The translations under genes and the position numbers were made by a program. A stretch of 55,438 nt of DNA from Deltaproteobacteria bacterium (GTDB lineage: Bacteria; Desulfobacterota; GWC2-55-46; JAJCZF01): NCBI GenBank assembly GCA_029262475.1, contig JAJCZG010000022.1, forward strand, positions 1 through 55,438, given 5' to 3'. A model generated the notes under the pieces. The model searched no databases and was not told where the DNA came from. It was given only the letters and a program-made list of their open reading frames with translations. This document shows, in pieces, positions 1 to 10,426 of this stretch (position 1 is its first letter; every line of letters begins with the position of its first letter).

Positions 1-633
1 CTCGTTTAACTTTTTGATAAAAGACAACGCATCATTCCAGCTCATGAAATTAAGCGGAAGCTCTTTACCTTTATCAACGGAGGGGTTAAAACCCATTAGC
101 TTCTCAAAGGAATCCTGAGTGAGCTCCGTCTCCTGGAGGAAATAGTCGTCTACACAGACCTCATGAACTGGTTTTTCGTCAAAATGTCCGTCGCCGAAGT
201 TATCGCCCATCATGAAGCAGCCGCCCTTAACGAAGATCATCTTTATTCCAAGCTCTTCAGGCGTCATATTCTCTGTAATTATCATCTTTTCTTCGGCTGC
301 GTCCTCGTCTACGGCGTCTCCTTCGGCGTCTCCATCAACGGTATCGTCGGCAACAGTCTCTTCTTCGCCGTATAGCTCGTCTTCAAAGAAATCCTCGTCC
401 TCATCGGTGAAACCCTCGTCAAGGCTTTCATTCATTATGGCGTCCAGCTCGTCGAAGAGCTCCTCTGTATTATATTCAGAGATATCAAGATCTTCATCTT
501 CAATAAACTCGGTGTCTTCAATGGCTGTATCGGCGGTCGACTCCGTGTCTGTCTGGGCGTAAGAGCCAGGGGTGGGGGCTAGAAACAAGAATAGCGGTAT
601 GAATAGAATCGAAAGAAAAAATTTTATCCTCAA
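1..633 (-). CDS. Exported protein with acidic linker and formylglycine-generating-enzyme (FGE/SUMF1)-like domain; partial, runs off the window
   Basis: Not in the ORF track. Manual translation from TTG at 633 (GAGGAG RBS upstream) gives a signal peptide, ~90 D/E-rich residues, then MIFVKGGCFMMGDNFGDGHFDEKPVHEVCVDDYFLQETELTQ...GFNPS...LPLNFMSWNDA, typical of the FGE-sulfatase N-terminus. Confidence 0.8.
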   Translation of the reverse strand, partial: MRIKFFLSILFIPLFLFLAPTPGSYAQTDTESTADTAIEDTEFIEDEDLDISEYNTEELFDELDAIMNESLDEGFTDEDEDFFEDELYGEEETVADDTVDGDAEGDAVDEDAAEEKMIITENMTPEELGIKMIFVKGGCFMMGDNFGDGHFDEKPVHEVCVDDYFLQETELTQDSFEKLMGFNPSVDKGKELPLNFMSWNDALSFIKKLNE

Positions 634-681
634 CGTATCTTCTCCTCGGCAATCAGGTTTTTCATAATAACAATAAAAACT

Positions 682-2073
682 CTAACCAAAGAGCGCCAAC
701 TGCGGCGCTCTTCTCTCAGACACACTAACGGGGTAACGCCCCGTAAAACAAGCATCACAAAAACTGGACCCGGCCCCACTAACAGCCCGGTACATTCCCT
801 CAAAGCTCAGATACCCGAGCGTATCGGACGTTATAAATTCATTTATTTCACTAACGCTCATCTTGGCGCCGATAAGCTCCTCGGCGTCAGGCGTATCGAT
901 GCCATAATAACACGGGCTAACAGTCGGCGGAGAGCTTATCCTCATATGAACCTCCTTTGCGCCGGCGTTTCTAAGCATCTTTATGATCTTGCGGCTGGTC
1001 GTACCCCTTACGATAGAGTCGTCAACGACGATTACCCTCTTTCCCTTTACAAGGTCGCGAATGGGGTTAAGCTTAACCTTTACTCCGAAATGCCTGATCG
1101 AATCCTTCGGCTCGATAAAAGTCCTGCCGACGTAGTGGTTCCTGACCATACCCATCTGAAAGGGAATACCGGAGGCTTCCGCGTATCCTACAGCTGCAGG
1201 CCCCCCGGAGTCCGGTACGGATATAACAATGTCGCCGTCCACGGGATGCTCCTTGGCAAGCTCTCTACCGAACCTGATCCGAGCTTCGTAGACATTGGTA
1301 CCAAAGATCGTGCTATCGGGGCGGGCAAAATATACAAATTCGAATATGCACGGCGTATACGGGGCCTCTTCGAAGGGCTTGTGGGAGGTAAGCCCCTTAT
1401 CATCTATAACCAGCACCTCTCCGGGTTCGATATCCCTGACGAATTCGGCCTCTATAAGATCGAATGCGCACGTCTCCGAGGCAATTACCCACGAGTCCTT
1501 AAGCCTACCCAGTTGAAGGGGCCTGAAGCCGTGCGGATCCCTTGCGGCTATAAGCTTGTTTTCCGAGAGGAGCACGAGAGAGTACGCCCCCTGTACCCTT
1601 TTCAGCGCGCCCGTCAAGCGGTCGAGGAGCTTACTTTCCTTGCTCGTCGCGATAAGGTGCACGATGACCTCGGTATCCATATTTGACTGGAATATGGAGC
1701 CGTAAGCCTCAAGTTCGTCCTTTAACCTTCCGGCGTTCACCAGGTTGCCGTTGTGGGCCACGGCAAGCTCGCCCATGGAATACTCCACGAGAAATGGCTG
1801 GGCGTTCTTTATATGTGAAGCCCCGGTCGTGGAGTACCTGACGTGTCCTATGGCCTTCTCGCCCGGAAGTTTAGCTAGAGACTCTTCGCTAAAGACATCG
1901 GCGACGAGCCCCATCCCCTTGTGGGAGCTTAAGCTTCTATTCGATGAGACTATTCCCGCGCTCTCCTGCCCCCTGTGCTGAAGGGAATAGAGCCCGAGAT
2001 AAGTAATATTAGCTGCCTCCGGGTGATTATAGACGCCAAATACTCCGCACTCGTCTTTAAATTTGTCAAACAC
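682..2073 (-). CDS. purF: Amidophosphoribosyltransferase
   Basis: ECGVFG propeptide/Ntn cysteine, [20 protein letters not shown] loop [10 protein letters not shown], Fe-S cysteines (CDACF). Start moved to GTG 2073 ([10 protein letters not shown]). Confidence 0.97.
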   Translation of the reverse strand: MFDKFKDECGVFGVYNHPEAANITYLGLYSLQHRGQESAGIVSSNRSLSSHKGMGLVADVFSEESLAKLPGEKAIGHVRYSTTGASHIKNAQPFLVEYSMGELAVAHNGNLVNAGRLKDELEAYGSIFQSNMDTEVIVHLIATSKESKLLDRLTGALKRVQGAYSLVLLSENKLIAARDPHGFRPLQLGRLKDSWVIASETCAFDLIEAEFVRDIEPGEVLVIDDKGLTSHKPFEEAPYTPCIFEFVYFARPDSTIFGTNVYEARIRFGRELAKEHPVDGDIVISVPDSGGPAAVGYAEASGIPFQMGMVRNHYVGRTFIEPKDSIRHFGVKVKLNPIRDLVKGKRVIVVDDSIVRGTTSRKIIKMLRNAGAKEVHMRISSPPTVSPCYYGIDTPDAEELIGAKMSVSEINEFITSDTLGYLSFEGMYRAVSGAGSSFCDACFTGRYPVSVSERRAPQLALFG

Positions 2074-2155
2074 CTCTAATGTAAACCTTTCAAAGACTCT
2101 CCCGCCCAAAGGGTTTAAGAGAGCATAAAGGGAGCGGCTAAACTATATTTCATAA

Positions 2156-4375
2156 TTACACAAAAAGTCCCGGGAGCGCGCCCTCCCAGGCATCTCTGAT
2201 AACCGAAAGTTCCAAATCGATAAATCCGTCGATAAAAAGGCGTTCGCCGCCAACTCTTCCAAGCTCGCTTAGGGTTACACCCTTCTCCGACGCTATAGCA
2301 TTTAATTTTTCAAGGTCGCCGGGGGCGACACTTACTATGATCCTGGACTGACTCTCTCCAAATAGCAGGGCATCGGCCCTCTCGCCCCCGGAGTGGCATT
2401 TAACGCTTACGCCTACTTCTCTCTCCGGCGCCAGACACGATTCCGCAAGGGCCACTGCAAGGCCGCCTTCCGAGAGATCATGGGCAGATTTAATTATACC
2501 AGCTTTTATAGCGTTTAAACAAGCTTCATCTACACTTTTGGCCTTCTTGAGGTCTATCCCCGGCGGCATTCCCCTCTCCAGGCCGTGCTTTACCTTGAGG
2601 TACTCGCTTCCGCCGAGTTCCGCCCCCATATCGCCAAGGAGAAGGATTACATCTCCCTCATCCTTGAACCAGATGGTGGTGTGGAGAGAAAGGTCTTCTA
2701 TAAGACCGACCATGCCGATGGTAGGCGTCGGGAAGATCGACTCCCCTGATGTCTCGTTATAAAAACTTACATTACCGCTTACGACCGGTATGCCGAGAGT
2801 GCGGCAAGCATTGCTTATCCCTTTTACCGACTCGCTGAACTGCCACATTACGTCCGCTCGTTCCGGGTTGCCGAAATTAAGGCAGTCGGTTACGGCAAGA
2901 GGTGTAGCGCCACTTACGGCAAGATTCCTCGCGGCCTCGGCAACGGCAATCTCTCCGCCCGTAAACGGGTCCAGATAACAGTACCTGGAGTTACAGTCCG
3001 TCGTAAGGGCTATAGCCTTATTCGTGCCCTTCACCCTCACGACCGCAGCGTCGGAACCGGGCCTTACGACCGTATCGGTCCGTACCATATGGTCGTACTG
3101 GCGGTAAATCCAGCGGCGGCTCGCGAGATTCGGCGAGGAGATCATCTCAAGCATTAAGGAGTTAAAATCCGAAGGGATATCAATAGCATTTAAATCAAGG
3201 GTGTTACGTTCGTCCTGCTCTTCCGGCCTCTTTATAGGGCGGTTATAGACCGGGGCAGCGTCGGTTAGCGAGTCTATCGGCATCTCGCCTTCGAGCGCGT
3301 CTCCGTTCATTAGCCTTAGCGTAGAGCCGTCGGTTACGCTCCCGATTACCGTTGCCTCAAGGTCCCATTTATGGACTATCTCCATCACCTTATCTTCGGT
3401 CCCGGCACTGACGACCATCAGCATCCTCTCCTGAGATTCCGAGAGCATCATCTCGTAGGCCGTCATCCCCTCCTCGCGACACGGTACCTTGCTTATATCA
3501 ATTTCTAGGCCGAGCCCGGCGCGAGAGGCCATCTCTACGCTCGACGAGGTAAGCCCGGCTGCGCCCATATCCTGAATGCCGATGATATAGTCGGTCTTAA
3601 AGACCTCAAGGCAAGCTTCGAGGAGTAATTTCTCCATAAACGGGTCGCCGACCTGAACGGTAGGGCGTCTCTCCTCGCCGCCCTCTCCGAAGACATCCGA
3701 GGCCATTACGGCTCCGTGTATGCCGTCCCTGCCAGTTCTAGACCCGACGTAAATCACCGGATTCCCTACGCCGGAGGCATATCCCTTAAATATCTTATCT
3801 GACTTTGCGATACCTGCGGTCATCGCGTTTACGAGGCAGTTTCCGTTATATGATTCGTTAAAATATACCTCTCCGCCTACCGTAGGGACGCCCATGCAGT
3901 TACCGTAACCGGCGATACCGGCTACTACGCCATCGAGCAGGAAAGGGGTCTTTTGGTGGTCGGCAGAGCCGAAGCGCAGCGAGTTCAGGTTAGCTATTGG
4001 CCTTGCGCCCATCGTAAAGACGTCCCTCATTATGCCGCCAACACCTGTGGCAGCGCCCTGGTACGGTTCTATAAAGGACGGGTGGTTGTGGCTCTCCATC
4101 TTAAATACACACGCGAGGCCGTCTCCGATAGCCACTACCCCGGCATTCTCCCCCGGCCCCTCGATAACATTTCGCCCGGTCGTAGGGAAATTCTTAAGAT
4201 GTACCCGTGAGGATTTATAAGAGCAGTGCTCGCTCCACATCACGGAGTAGATACCAAGCTCCAGCATATTAGGTTCACGCCCGAGGATATCCAGAATCTT
4301 CTGGTATTCGTCACCCTTGAGGCCGTGCTCCTCGATGACCTGATCAGTTATCTTCAATGCAGAGGACTCCATCAT
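2156..4375 (-). CDS. purL: Phosphoribosylformylglycinamidine synthase subunit PurL (small type)
   Basis: [40 protein letters not shown] motifs; 739 aa, no glutaminase domain. Confidence 0.97.
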   Translation of the reverse strand: MMESSALKITDQVIEEHGLKGDEYQKILDILGREPNMLELGIYSVMWSEHCSYKSSRVHLKNFPTTGRNVIEGPGENAGVVAIGDGLACVFKMESHNHPSFIEPYQGAATGVGGIMRDVFTMGARPIANLNSLRFGSADHQKTPFLLDGVVAGIAGYGNCMGVPTVGGEVYFNESYNGNCLVNAMTAGIAKSDKIFKGYASGVGNPVIYVGSRTGRDGIHGAVMASDVFGEGGEERRPTVQVGDPFMEKLLLEACLEVFKTDYIIGIQDMGAAGLTSSSVEMASRAGLGLEIDISKVPCREEGMTAYEMMLSESQERMLMVVSAGTEDKVMEIVHKWDLEATVIGSVTDGSTLRLMNGDALEGEMPIDSLTDAAPVYNRPIKRPEEQDERNTLDLNAIDIPSDFNSLMLEMISSPNLASRRWIYRQYDHMVRTDTVVRPGSDAAVVRVKGTNKAIALTTDCNSRYCYLDPFTGGEIAVAEAARNLAVSGATPLAVTDCLNFGNPERADVMWQFSESVKGISNACRTLGIPVVSGNVSFYNETSGESIFPTPTIGMVGLIEDLSLHTTIWFKDEGDVILLLGDMGAELGGSEYLKVKHGLERGMPPGIDLKKAKSVDEACLNAIKAGIIKSAHDLSEGGLAVALAESCLAPEREVGVSVKCHSGGERADALLFGESQSRIIVSVAPGDLEKLNAIASEKGVTLSELGRVGGERLFIDGFIDLELSVIRDAWEGALPGLFV

Positions 4376-4731
4376 AAGAGAGAAATTAACACAGAATAAT
4401 GAATTTTAGATTAGAAAGAAATTAAGAGATAAAAATAACCCAAAAACCATAAAAATTCAAGGCATATATCGATACGGGAAGGAAGTTTAACTTCGCTCAC
4501 CGGAAAAAAAGGCATAACGGTCTAAAATATTGGTTGGACGGGGTTTTTCATCCCAAGCAAGAGAGTCTCTCCTTCCTTCAATAAGAGTGAATAGAAGCGG
4601 AATTCCCTAATGATTTCGTTCTAACGGCATTATAAACGGATAGCTTGGATGTATTTAAAGTATCCTGCAACTATACCGATATAAAGTATGTTGCAATATT
4701 TATTTTTTTCATCGTTACGAAAGGAATAACT

Positions 4732-5046
4732 ATGTCAAAAAAGAACTGCTGGGAAGTGAAGAACTGCGGCAGAGAGGCCGGGGGTGCAAAGACCGAAGAG
4801 CTAGGCGTATGCCCCGCAACTACTGACACCTCAATTGATGGGACAAATAGCGGCTATAACGGAGGTAGGGTCTGTTGGGCTGTTTCCGGGACTTTCTGCG
4901 AGGGCCAAGTTCAGGGCACCTATGCACAAAAGGAATCGAGCTGCCTCAATTGCGACTTCTATCGTAACGTTAAGAAAGAAGAAAGTTTTATTACCTTCAC
5001 CGCTCTTTTGCCGGGTCAGGAAGTCAAACGTAGCGGGAACGACTAA
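4732..5046 (+). CDS. Small Cys-rich two-CW-domain protein
   Basis: ATG 4732 with AAGGA RBS; NCWEVKNC...CPA...GRVCW...GTFC...CLNCDFY pattern. Confidence 0.7.
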   Translation: MSKKNCWEVKNCGREAGGAKTEELGVCPATTDTSIDGTNSGYNGGRVCWAVSGTFCEGQVQGTYAQKESSCLNCDFYRNVKKEESFITFTALLPGQEVKRSGND

Positions 5047-5086
5047 GCCCAAAACACTCCAAGCAATAGATATAATAAACAAACGC

Positions 5087-6490
5087 TTATGGCGTATTTC
5101 CAGGGTCTAGGCCACTGACGAGCAGCCCCATGCTATTGCTTAGTTCGAGTATGCCTAGCTGGTAGTCGTATCTGGCGTTCATGAGCCCGCTCTCGGCCTC
5201 GACGAGTGTCGAGTCGGCGTCTATAAGATCGGTGCTGTCGGCGAGCCCGTAGGTAAAACGCTTGAAGACCATCCGGTAATTCTCTCCTGCAAAGCTCAGC
5301 TGCTTCTCGAATGCCTCGGTTACAGCCCCCTGCGTTTCAACCTCGTTATACCGTCTCCGCACTTCGACCTCCAAATCCTTCTTATACCTGCTCCTCTCAA
5401 GGCTTGCGGCCCTTCTTCTGCTCTTGGCCTCATTTAAGCGCGCCTTCCTCACACCGCCGTCAAAGAGCGGGTACGAGACGACTATCGCCGCAGATGCGCT
5501 GTCTTTTAAGAAGAAGGTCGTCTCGGGGGATTGATCCCTATAGGTATACCCCCCCTCGACCGTTACAGTAGGCAGGTATCCTCCCCTGGCGTAGCCGACA
5601 TCCTCTTTCGATGCCTTCTCCGAAAAGAGCCTCGCCCTGTAGTCCGGGCGCTTACTGAAGGCGACCTTGACGATTTCACTTATATCTTCTAAGGGAGGCG
5701 TTATATCATCCGGGTCTTTTAACGTGAGTTCGCCCTCAAAGCCTGTAATACTCTTCAGGAGGTCTATGGCGTCGATCAAAACCTTCTCGGCCTTAATAAG
5801 CTCTGCCGCCCGCCCGGCCTTTTCGGCCTCGGCACGGAGCACCACGGCCCTCGTGGCGGTACCTGCCTTAAGGCGCGCACGACTCGCGCGGAGCTGCTCC
5901 GAGACCCTTTTAAGAGAGGCTTCCTTAATATTAACCTCACTAAATGCCTTTAGCGAGGCGAAATAGACCCTTGCCGTAGTTATAAGGAGTTCGTCTTCCG
6001 TGGCGAGGGCCAACGCCTCTGTCGCCTCGGCGCGCATCCTCGACCCCCTCAAATTACTTAAGTTTTTACCTCCAGCGTAAAGGGACTGAGTTAGTACCAG
6101 GTCAACGCGTTTCGTCCGGTCGGGCTGAAGTAAAAAGCTAGCCGATGATTGTTCTGTTGAAAACTTTCTAAGCTCGCCGCTCGCGGTTACGGAGGGAAGG
6201 AAGGCGGCATATGCCTCGCGAACCCCCTCCCTGCCCTGTAGTGAGAGTTCTCCGGCCACTCTGACGGATTCGTGGTTCTCCATCGCCATTACATATGCGT
6301 CTTTTAACGCCAGCTCCGAAGCCTGACCCTCGCCGCAAAGAAATAGGCTGAAAAACCCGGTAAATACGGCAATAGACAGGATAAAAGGGAAACCTGGCCC
6401 GCCAGGCCTCATGGCCCGTAAAGTGGCTTTAACCCTTTTTAAAGGGGAATATAATGGAGATTCAATTCTATTCATCATAATATATCTCAT
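5087..6490 (-). CDS. TolC-family outer membrane efflux protein (true start probably downstream of the ORF start)
   Basis: Hydrophobic leader, two OEP-like halves (A..LP.V motifs, YPLFDGG), C-terminal L.NARYDY..L..SMG. Confidence 0.85.
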   Translation of the reverse strand: MRYIMMNRIESPLYSPLKRVKATLRAMRPGGPGFPFILSIAVFTGFFSLFLCGEGQASELALKDAYVMAMENHESVRVAGELSLQGREGVREAYAAFLPSVTASGELRKFSTEQSSASFLLQPDRTKRVDLVLTQSLYAGGKNLSNLRGSRMRAEATEALALATEDELLITTARVYFASLKAFSEVNIKEASLKRVSEQLRASRARLKAGTATRAVVLRAEAEKAGRAAELIKAEKVLIDAIDLLKSITGFEGELTLKDPDDITPPLEDISEIVKVAFSKRPDYRARLFSEKASKEDVGYARGGYLPTVTVEGGYTYRDQSPETTFFLKDSASAAIVVSYPLFDGGVRKARLNEAKSRRRAASLERSRYKKDLEVEVRRRYNEVETQGAVTEAFEKQLSFAGENYRMVFKRFTYGLADSTDLIDADSTLVEAESGLMNARYDYQLGILELSNSMGLLVSGLDPGNTP

Positions 6491-6740
6491 ATTATCTTAA
6501 AGAAGCCTTTTTGGCGGCCCTTAACGGGTTAATAGTGACCCGCAATTATGAATTATAACCCAAAAAACTCTTAACGTGAAGCCAGTTTTATGATTTTATC
6601 GCTCAGGGGTCGATATTTGCAGTGCGCGAGCGGGCTTTTATCATTTTTATTATTATCCGCGAGAAGAGTTAAAGAGCGGGGCTAAACCGATGCTTAATCT
6701 AAGCCTCAATCTTTGGAGAGCCCCTAATGCCTGTATTTAC

Positions 6741-6770
6741 TTGACTTTTGGTATCAAAATAGGCTATAAG
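6741..6770 (+). promoter_or_regulatory. Putative sigma70 promoter of the carboxylase operon
   Basis: TTGACT-N18-TATAAG; the spacer contains an imperfect palindrome TTTTG-GTAT-CAAAA. Confidence 0.4.
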
Positions 6771-6826
6771 AATTCTTCTATTACAATTTCCTAATGTAAG
6801 CAATTAAAGACTAAGCAGGCGGTTAT

Positions 6827-8260
6827 ATGACTAAGCAAGGCTTATTCAAAAAAATACTTATAGCCAACAGGGGCGAGATAGCAACGCGTATCATAAGGGC
6901 ATGTAAGGAACTCGGCATCCCCACCGTGGCCATATATTCGGAGGACGATTCTACGGCCCTCTACGTTCAGAAGGCAGATGAGGCCTACCTCGTCGGCCCA
7001 GGCCCCATACAGGGATATATGAACATCCACCGGATAGTGGATCTCGCCATGAAGGTCGGCGTGGACGCCATACACCCCGGCTACGGCTTTCTCTCCGAGA
7101 AGGTACGCTTACCCCTCCTCTGCGAGAAGAAGGGCATAACCTTCATCGGCCCGACGGCGAGGAGCATAGCCGACATGGGTGATAAGATAAAGGCCCGCCA
7201 GCTTATGATAAAGGCCGGGGTGCCGGTAGTGCCCGGCACGGAAGAGCCGGTAAAGGACGCCGAAGAAGCAAAGAAATGGGCTAAGGAAATCGGGTACCCG
7301 ATAATGGTCAAGGCCGCAGGCGGCGGAGGCGGCAGAGGGCTTCGCAGGGTTGAGGACGAGAGCCAGCTTGCCGCTGCATTCGAGTCGGCGGTAAACGAGA
7401 CCAAGGCCGCCTTCGGCTCATCCGATATCTTTCTTGAAAAATACGTCGACGAGCCGCACCACATAGAGTTCCAGATACTCGCCGACAAGCACGGCAACAT
7501 TGTCCACATCGGAGACAGAGACTGCTCCATTCAGAGAAGGCACCAGAAGCTCGTCGAGATAGCGCCTTCCCTCATCTTAACTGACGACTTAAGGCGGCGA
7601 ATGGGCAAGGCTGCGGTGAAGGCCGCAAAGGCAGCTAATTACACCAACGCCGGGACAATTGAATTCCTCGTCGACAGGGACAGAAACTTCTACTTCCTCG
7701 AAATGAATACCAGGATACAGGTCGAGCACCCGGTAACAGAGCAGATTAGCGGTATTGATCTGGTAAAGAAGCAAATTGAGATTGCCGCCGGAGAGAAGCT
7801 CGGCTTCACGAATAAAGACATTAAGTTCAGGGGTTTCTCCATAGAGTGCCGTATCTGCGACGAGGATCCGAAGAATAATTTCATGCCGAACTCCGGACTC
7901 GTTACGGCCTACTACTCCCCCGGAGGCATCGGTGTCCGCATTGACGGCTCCATATACAAAGACTACGTAATTCCCGACTCCTACGACTCTCTTATCGTTA
8001 AGCTCATAGTGACGGGCAGCACATGGGAGGAGGCCGTAAGCCGCATGAGGCGGTCCCTTGAGGAGTACGTAATAAGGGGTGTCAAGACGACGATCCCCTA
8101 CCTTTTAAATATCATGAACGACGAAGACTTTAAGGCCGGAAATTTCGACACCGGATATATAGATAGAAAACCGGAGCTCATGCAGTATTATGAATACGGA
8201 GAGCCAACGGACCACGTAGCCGCCATAAGCGCCGCCATAGCGGCCCACTACGGCTTCTAA
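6827..8260 (+). CDS. pycA: Biotin carboxylase subunit of two-subunit pyruvate carboxylase
   Basis: IANRGEIA, HPGYGFLSE, GGGGRG, RDCSIQRRHQK, EMNTRIQVEH motifs; C-terminal AAISAAIAAHYGF tail; adjacent to a CT-BCCP subunit. Confidence 0.85.
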   Translation: MTKQGLFKKILIANRGEIATRIIRACKELGIPTVAIYSEDDSTALYVQKADEAYLVGPGPIQGYMNIHRIVDLAMKVGVDAIHPGYGFLSEKVRLPLLCEKKGITFIGPTARSIADMGDKIKARQLMIKAGVPVVPGTEEPVKDAEEAKKWAKEIGYPIMVKAAGGGGGRGLRRVEDESQLAAAFESAVNETKAAFGSSDIFLEKYVDEPHHIEFQILADKHGNIVHIGDRDCSIQRRHQKLVEIAPSLILTDDLRRRMGKAAVKAAKAANYTNAGTIEFLVDRDRNFYFLEMNTRIQVEHPVTEQISGIDLVKKQIEIAAGEKLGFTNKDIKFRGFSIECRICDEDPKNNFMPNSGLVTAYYSPGGIGVRIDGSIYKDYVIPDSYDSLIVKLIVTGSTWEEAVSRMRRSLEEYVIRGVKTTIPYLLNIMNDEDFKAGNFDTGYIDRKPELMQYYEYGEPTDHVAAISAAIAAHYGF

Positions 8261-8292
8261 AAACATTTTTTTCACTACGGAGATTTGAAGTT

Positions 8293-10179
8293 ATGACTGA
8301 GACCAGAACAGAACTCAGAAAACTTAACGACATGAGTGACGGCAGGACCAGGATAATGGATACGGTCCTCCGGGACTCGCACCAGTCGCTCATTGCGACA
8401 CGGATGAGGACCGCCGACATGCTGGAGCTGACCGACCTCTTAGACAAAGTCGGCTACTGGAGCCTCGAGGTGTGGGGCGGCGCGACATTCGACGCATGTC
8501 TGAGGTTCCTTAAAGAAGACCCCTGGGAGAGGCTAAAGACCTTAAGGAAGGCCCTTCCGAACACAAGGCTTCAAATGCTTCTACGCGGTCAAAACCTCGT
8601 AGGCTACAGGCACTACTCAGACGATGTAGTTGAAAAGTTCGTAAGCCGGAGCGCAAAGCACGGCATAGACGTCTTCAGAATATTTGACGCCCTAAACGAC
8701 ACCCGTAACATCGAGGTGGCGATGAGATCGGTTAAGGAGGCGAAGGCTATCGCCGAGGCTTGCATCTGTTACACGACAAGCCCAGTGCACACACACGAGG
8801 GCTTTGCCGAAATGGCGACAAAACTCGTAAATATGGGCGCAGATACCATATGCATTAAGGATATGGCCGGGCTCCTTACCCCCGACGCTGCCCACGACCT
8901 CATTGGTAAAATCAGGGAAAAGGTAGATATACCGATTCACCTCCACTCACATGATTCCTCCGGGCTCGCCTCCATGAGCTACATGAAGGCCATCGAGGCC
9001 GGCGCGAATATCATAGACACAGGCATTTCGAGCATGGCGTCGGGTACCTCACAGCCGCCGACCGAGAGCATGGTAGCGGCCTTCAAGGGCACCAAGTACG
9101 ACACAGGGCTCGACCTCTCCCTTCTCGCCGATATCGCCGAGAAGGTTCGCGAGATACGCAAAAAATATAAACGCTTCGAGAGCGAGTTTACCGGCATAAA
9201 TCCGAGAACTCTCGTCGTCCAGATCCCCGGCGGGATGATATCCAACCTCGCCAACCAGTTGAAGGAGCAAAACGCCCTTGATAAGATGAACGAGGTCTTC
9301 GATGAGATACCGAGGGTACGAAAGGATATGGGTTATCCGCCGCTGGTTACCCCGTCGAGCCAGGTCGTCGGCACCCAGGCTACTCTTAACGTCCTCATGG
9401 GCGAGAGATACAAGGTCATAACGAGCGAGACGCGAAACTACTTTAAGGGGCTCTACGGCAAGCCGCCCGGAGAGGTAAACGACTACGCAATGAAGAAGGC
9501 CATCGGAGACGAAGAGCCGATCACCTGCAGGCCCGCCGACTTACTTGAGCCTGAGCTCGATAAGATAGCTAGAAAGAACGACGATAAACTTAAAACCATA
9601 GAAGATATGCTCTCATACGCCATATTTCCGGTAGTGGCGATGGAGTTCTTCGAGCAGAGGGAGGCCGGGACACTTGAGCCCGAGTCGCTTGAAATGCCCG
9701 AGGATTTGCTAGGGTCTTCCGGTAACGCATCACCTGCTCCGCACCTATCTCCGAGCGAATTCAACGTCACTGTCCACGGCGAGACCTTCCACATAAAGGT
9801 AGCGGGCGCAGGGCACCAGGTCGATGGAAAACGCCCCTTCTTCTTAAAGGTTGACGACCGCCTCGAAGAGGTAATGCTAGAGTCCCTGACCGAAGTCGTA
9901 CCCTCGACGGCAGGTGAGATCGAGGGCGACTCCATGGCGCGTTCGTTTAGGCCGAGGGCCAAGCAGGAAGGCGACGTCACGACACCGGTACCGGGGAAGG
10001 TCATCTCCGTCAAGGTCGCCGTTGGCGATAAGGTCGAGGAAGGCGATACGGTACTTACCGTTGAGGCCATGAAGATGGAGAACGAAGTCCACGCCCCGAT
10101 AAGCGGCGAGGTAAAGAAGATAATGATAAAGGTCGGGGACTCGGTAAACCCGGACGAAACACTTATTGAAATAGAATAA
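8293..10179 (+). CDS. pycB: Carboxyltransferase-biotin carrier subunit of pyruvate carboxylase (OadA-like)
   Basis: RDSHQSLIATRMRT, EVWGGATFD, IKDMAG, HLHSH, GYPPLVTPSSQ, biotinylation motif EAMKM. Confidence 0.88.
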   Translation: MTETRTELRKLNDMSDGRTRIMDTVLRDSHQSLIATRMRTADMLELTDLLDKVGYWSLEVWGGATFDACLRFLKEDPWERLKTLRKALPNTRLQMLLRGQNLVGYRHYSDDVVEKFVSRSAKHGIDVFRIFDALNDTRNIEVAMRSVKEAKAIAEACICYTTSPVHTHEGFAEMATKLVNMGADTICIKDMAGLLTPDAAHDLIGKIREKVDIPIHLHSHDSSGLASMSYMKAIEAGANIIDTGISSMASGTSQPPTESMVAAFKGTKYDTGLDLSLLADIAEKVREIRKKYKRFESEFTGINPRTLVVQIPGGMISNLANQLKEQNALDKMNEVFDEIPRVRKDMGYPPLVTPSSQVVGTQATLNVLMGERYKVITSETRNYFKGLYGKPPGEVNDYAMKKAIGDEEPITCRPADLLEPELDKIARKNDDKLKTIEDMLSYAIFPVVAMEFFEQREAGTLEPESLEMPEDLLGSSGNASPAPHLSPSEFNVTVHGETFHIKVAGAGHQVDGKRPFFLKVDDRLEEVMLESLTEVVPSTAGEIEGDSMARSFRPRAKQEGDVTTPVPGKVISVKVAVGDKVEEGDTVLTVEAMKMENEVHAPISGEVKKIMIKVGDSVNPDETLIEIE

Positions 10180-10287
10180 CGGGGCCGCGTCGGGGCACGG
10201 TCATTTACGCCCCCCCCACTCCCACGGGGCATAACTAAACCAGTAATCTTAAGCAACGCTGGCAATTAATTCACCTGTAGCGGCCAA

Positions 10288-10426
10288 TGACCGCACCGGC
10301 AAGTTACAAGAACCGCCTGAAGCTGGAACCAACGATTAAATGGCACTATGACCGGTAGTTGACCTGACCGCACCGGCAAGTTACAAGAACCGCCTGAAGC
10401 TGGAACCAACGATTAAATGGCACTAT
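10288..10426 (+). repeat. Perfect 62-bp direct repeat (10288-10349 and 10365-10426)
   Basis: tgaccgcaccggcaagttacaagaaccgcctgaagctggaaccaacgattaaatggcactat occurs twice, 15 bp apart. Confidence 0.97.

Noticed and set aside
163-562. Plus-strand Ser-rich and 70-aa ORFs
   Set aside because: Antisense shadows of the acidic minus-strand gene at 1-633.
4376-4731. Purine-related riboswitch upstream of purL
   Set aside because: No purine, ZTP or PRPP aptamer consensus was recognisable by eye; an Infernal search would settle it.
8293-10179. Na+-pumping oxaloacetate decarboxylase or 2-oxoglutarate carboxylase
   Set aside because: No oadB/oadG neighbours, and it is paired with a biotin carboxylase. 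The RDSHQSLIATR motif is of the pyruvate carboxylase type as I recall it; phylogeny is needed to be sure.
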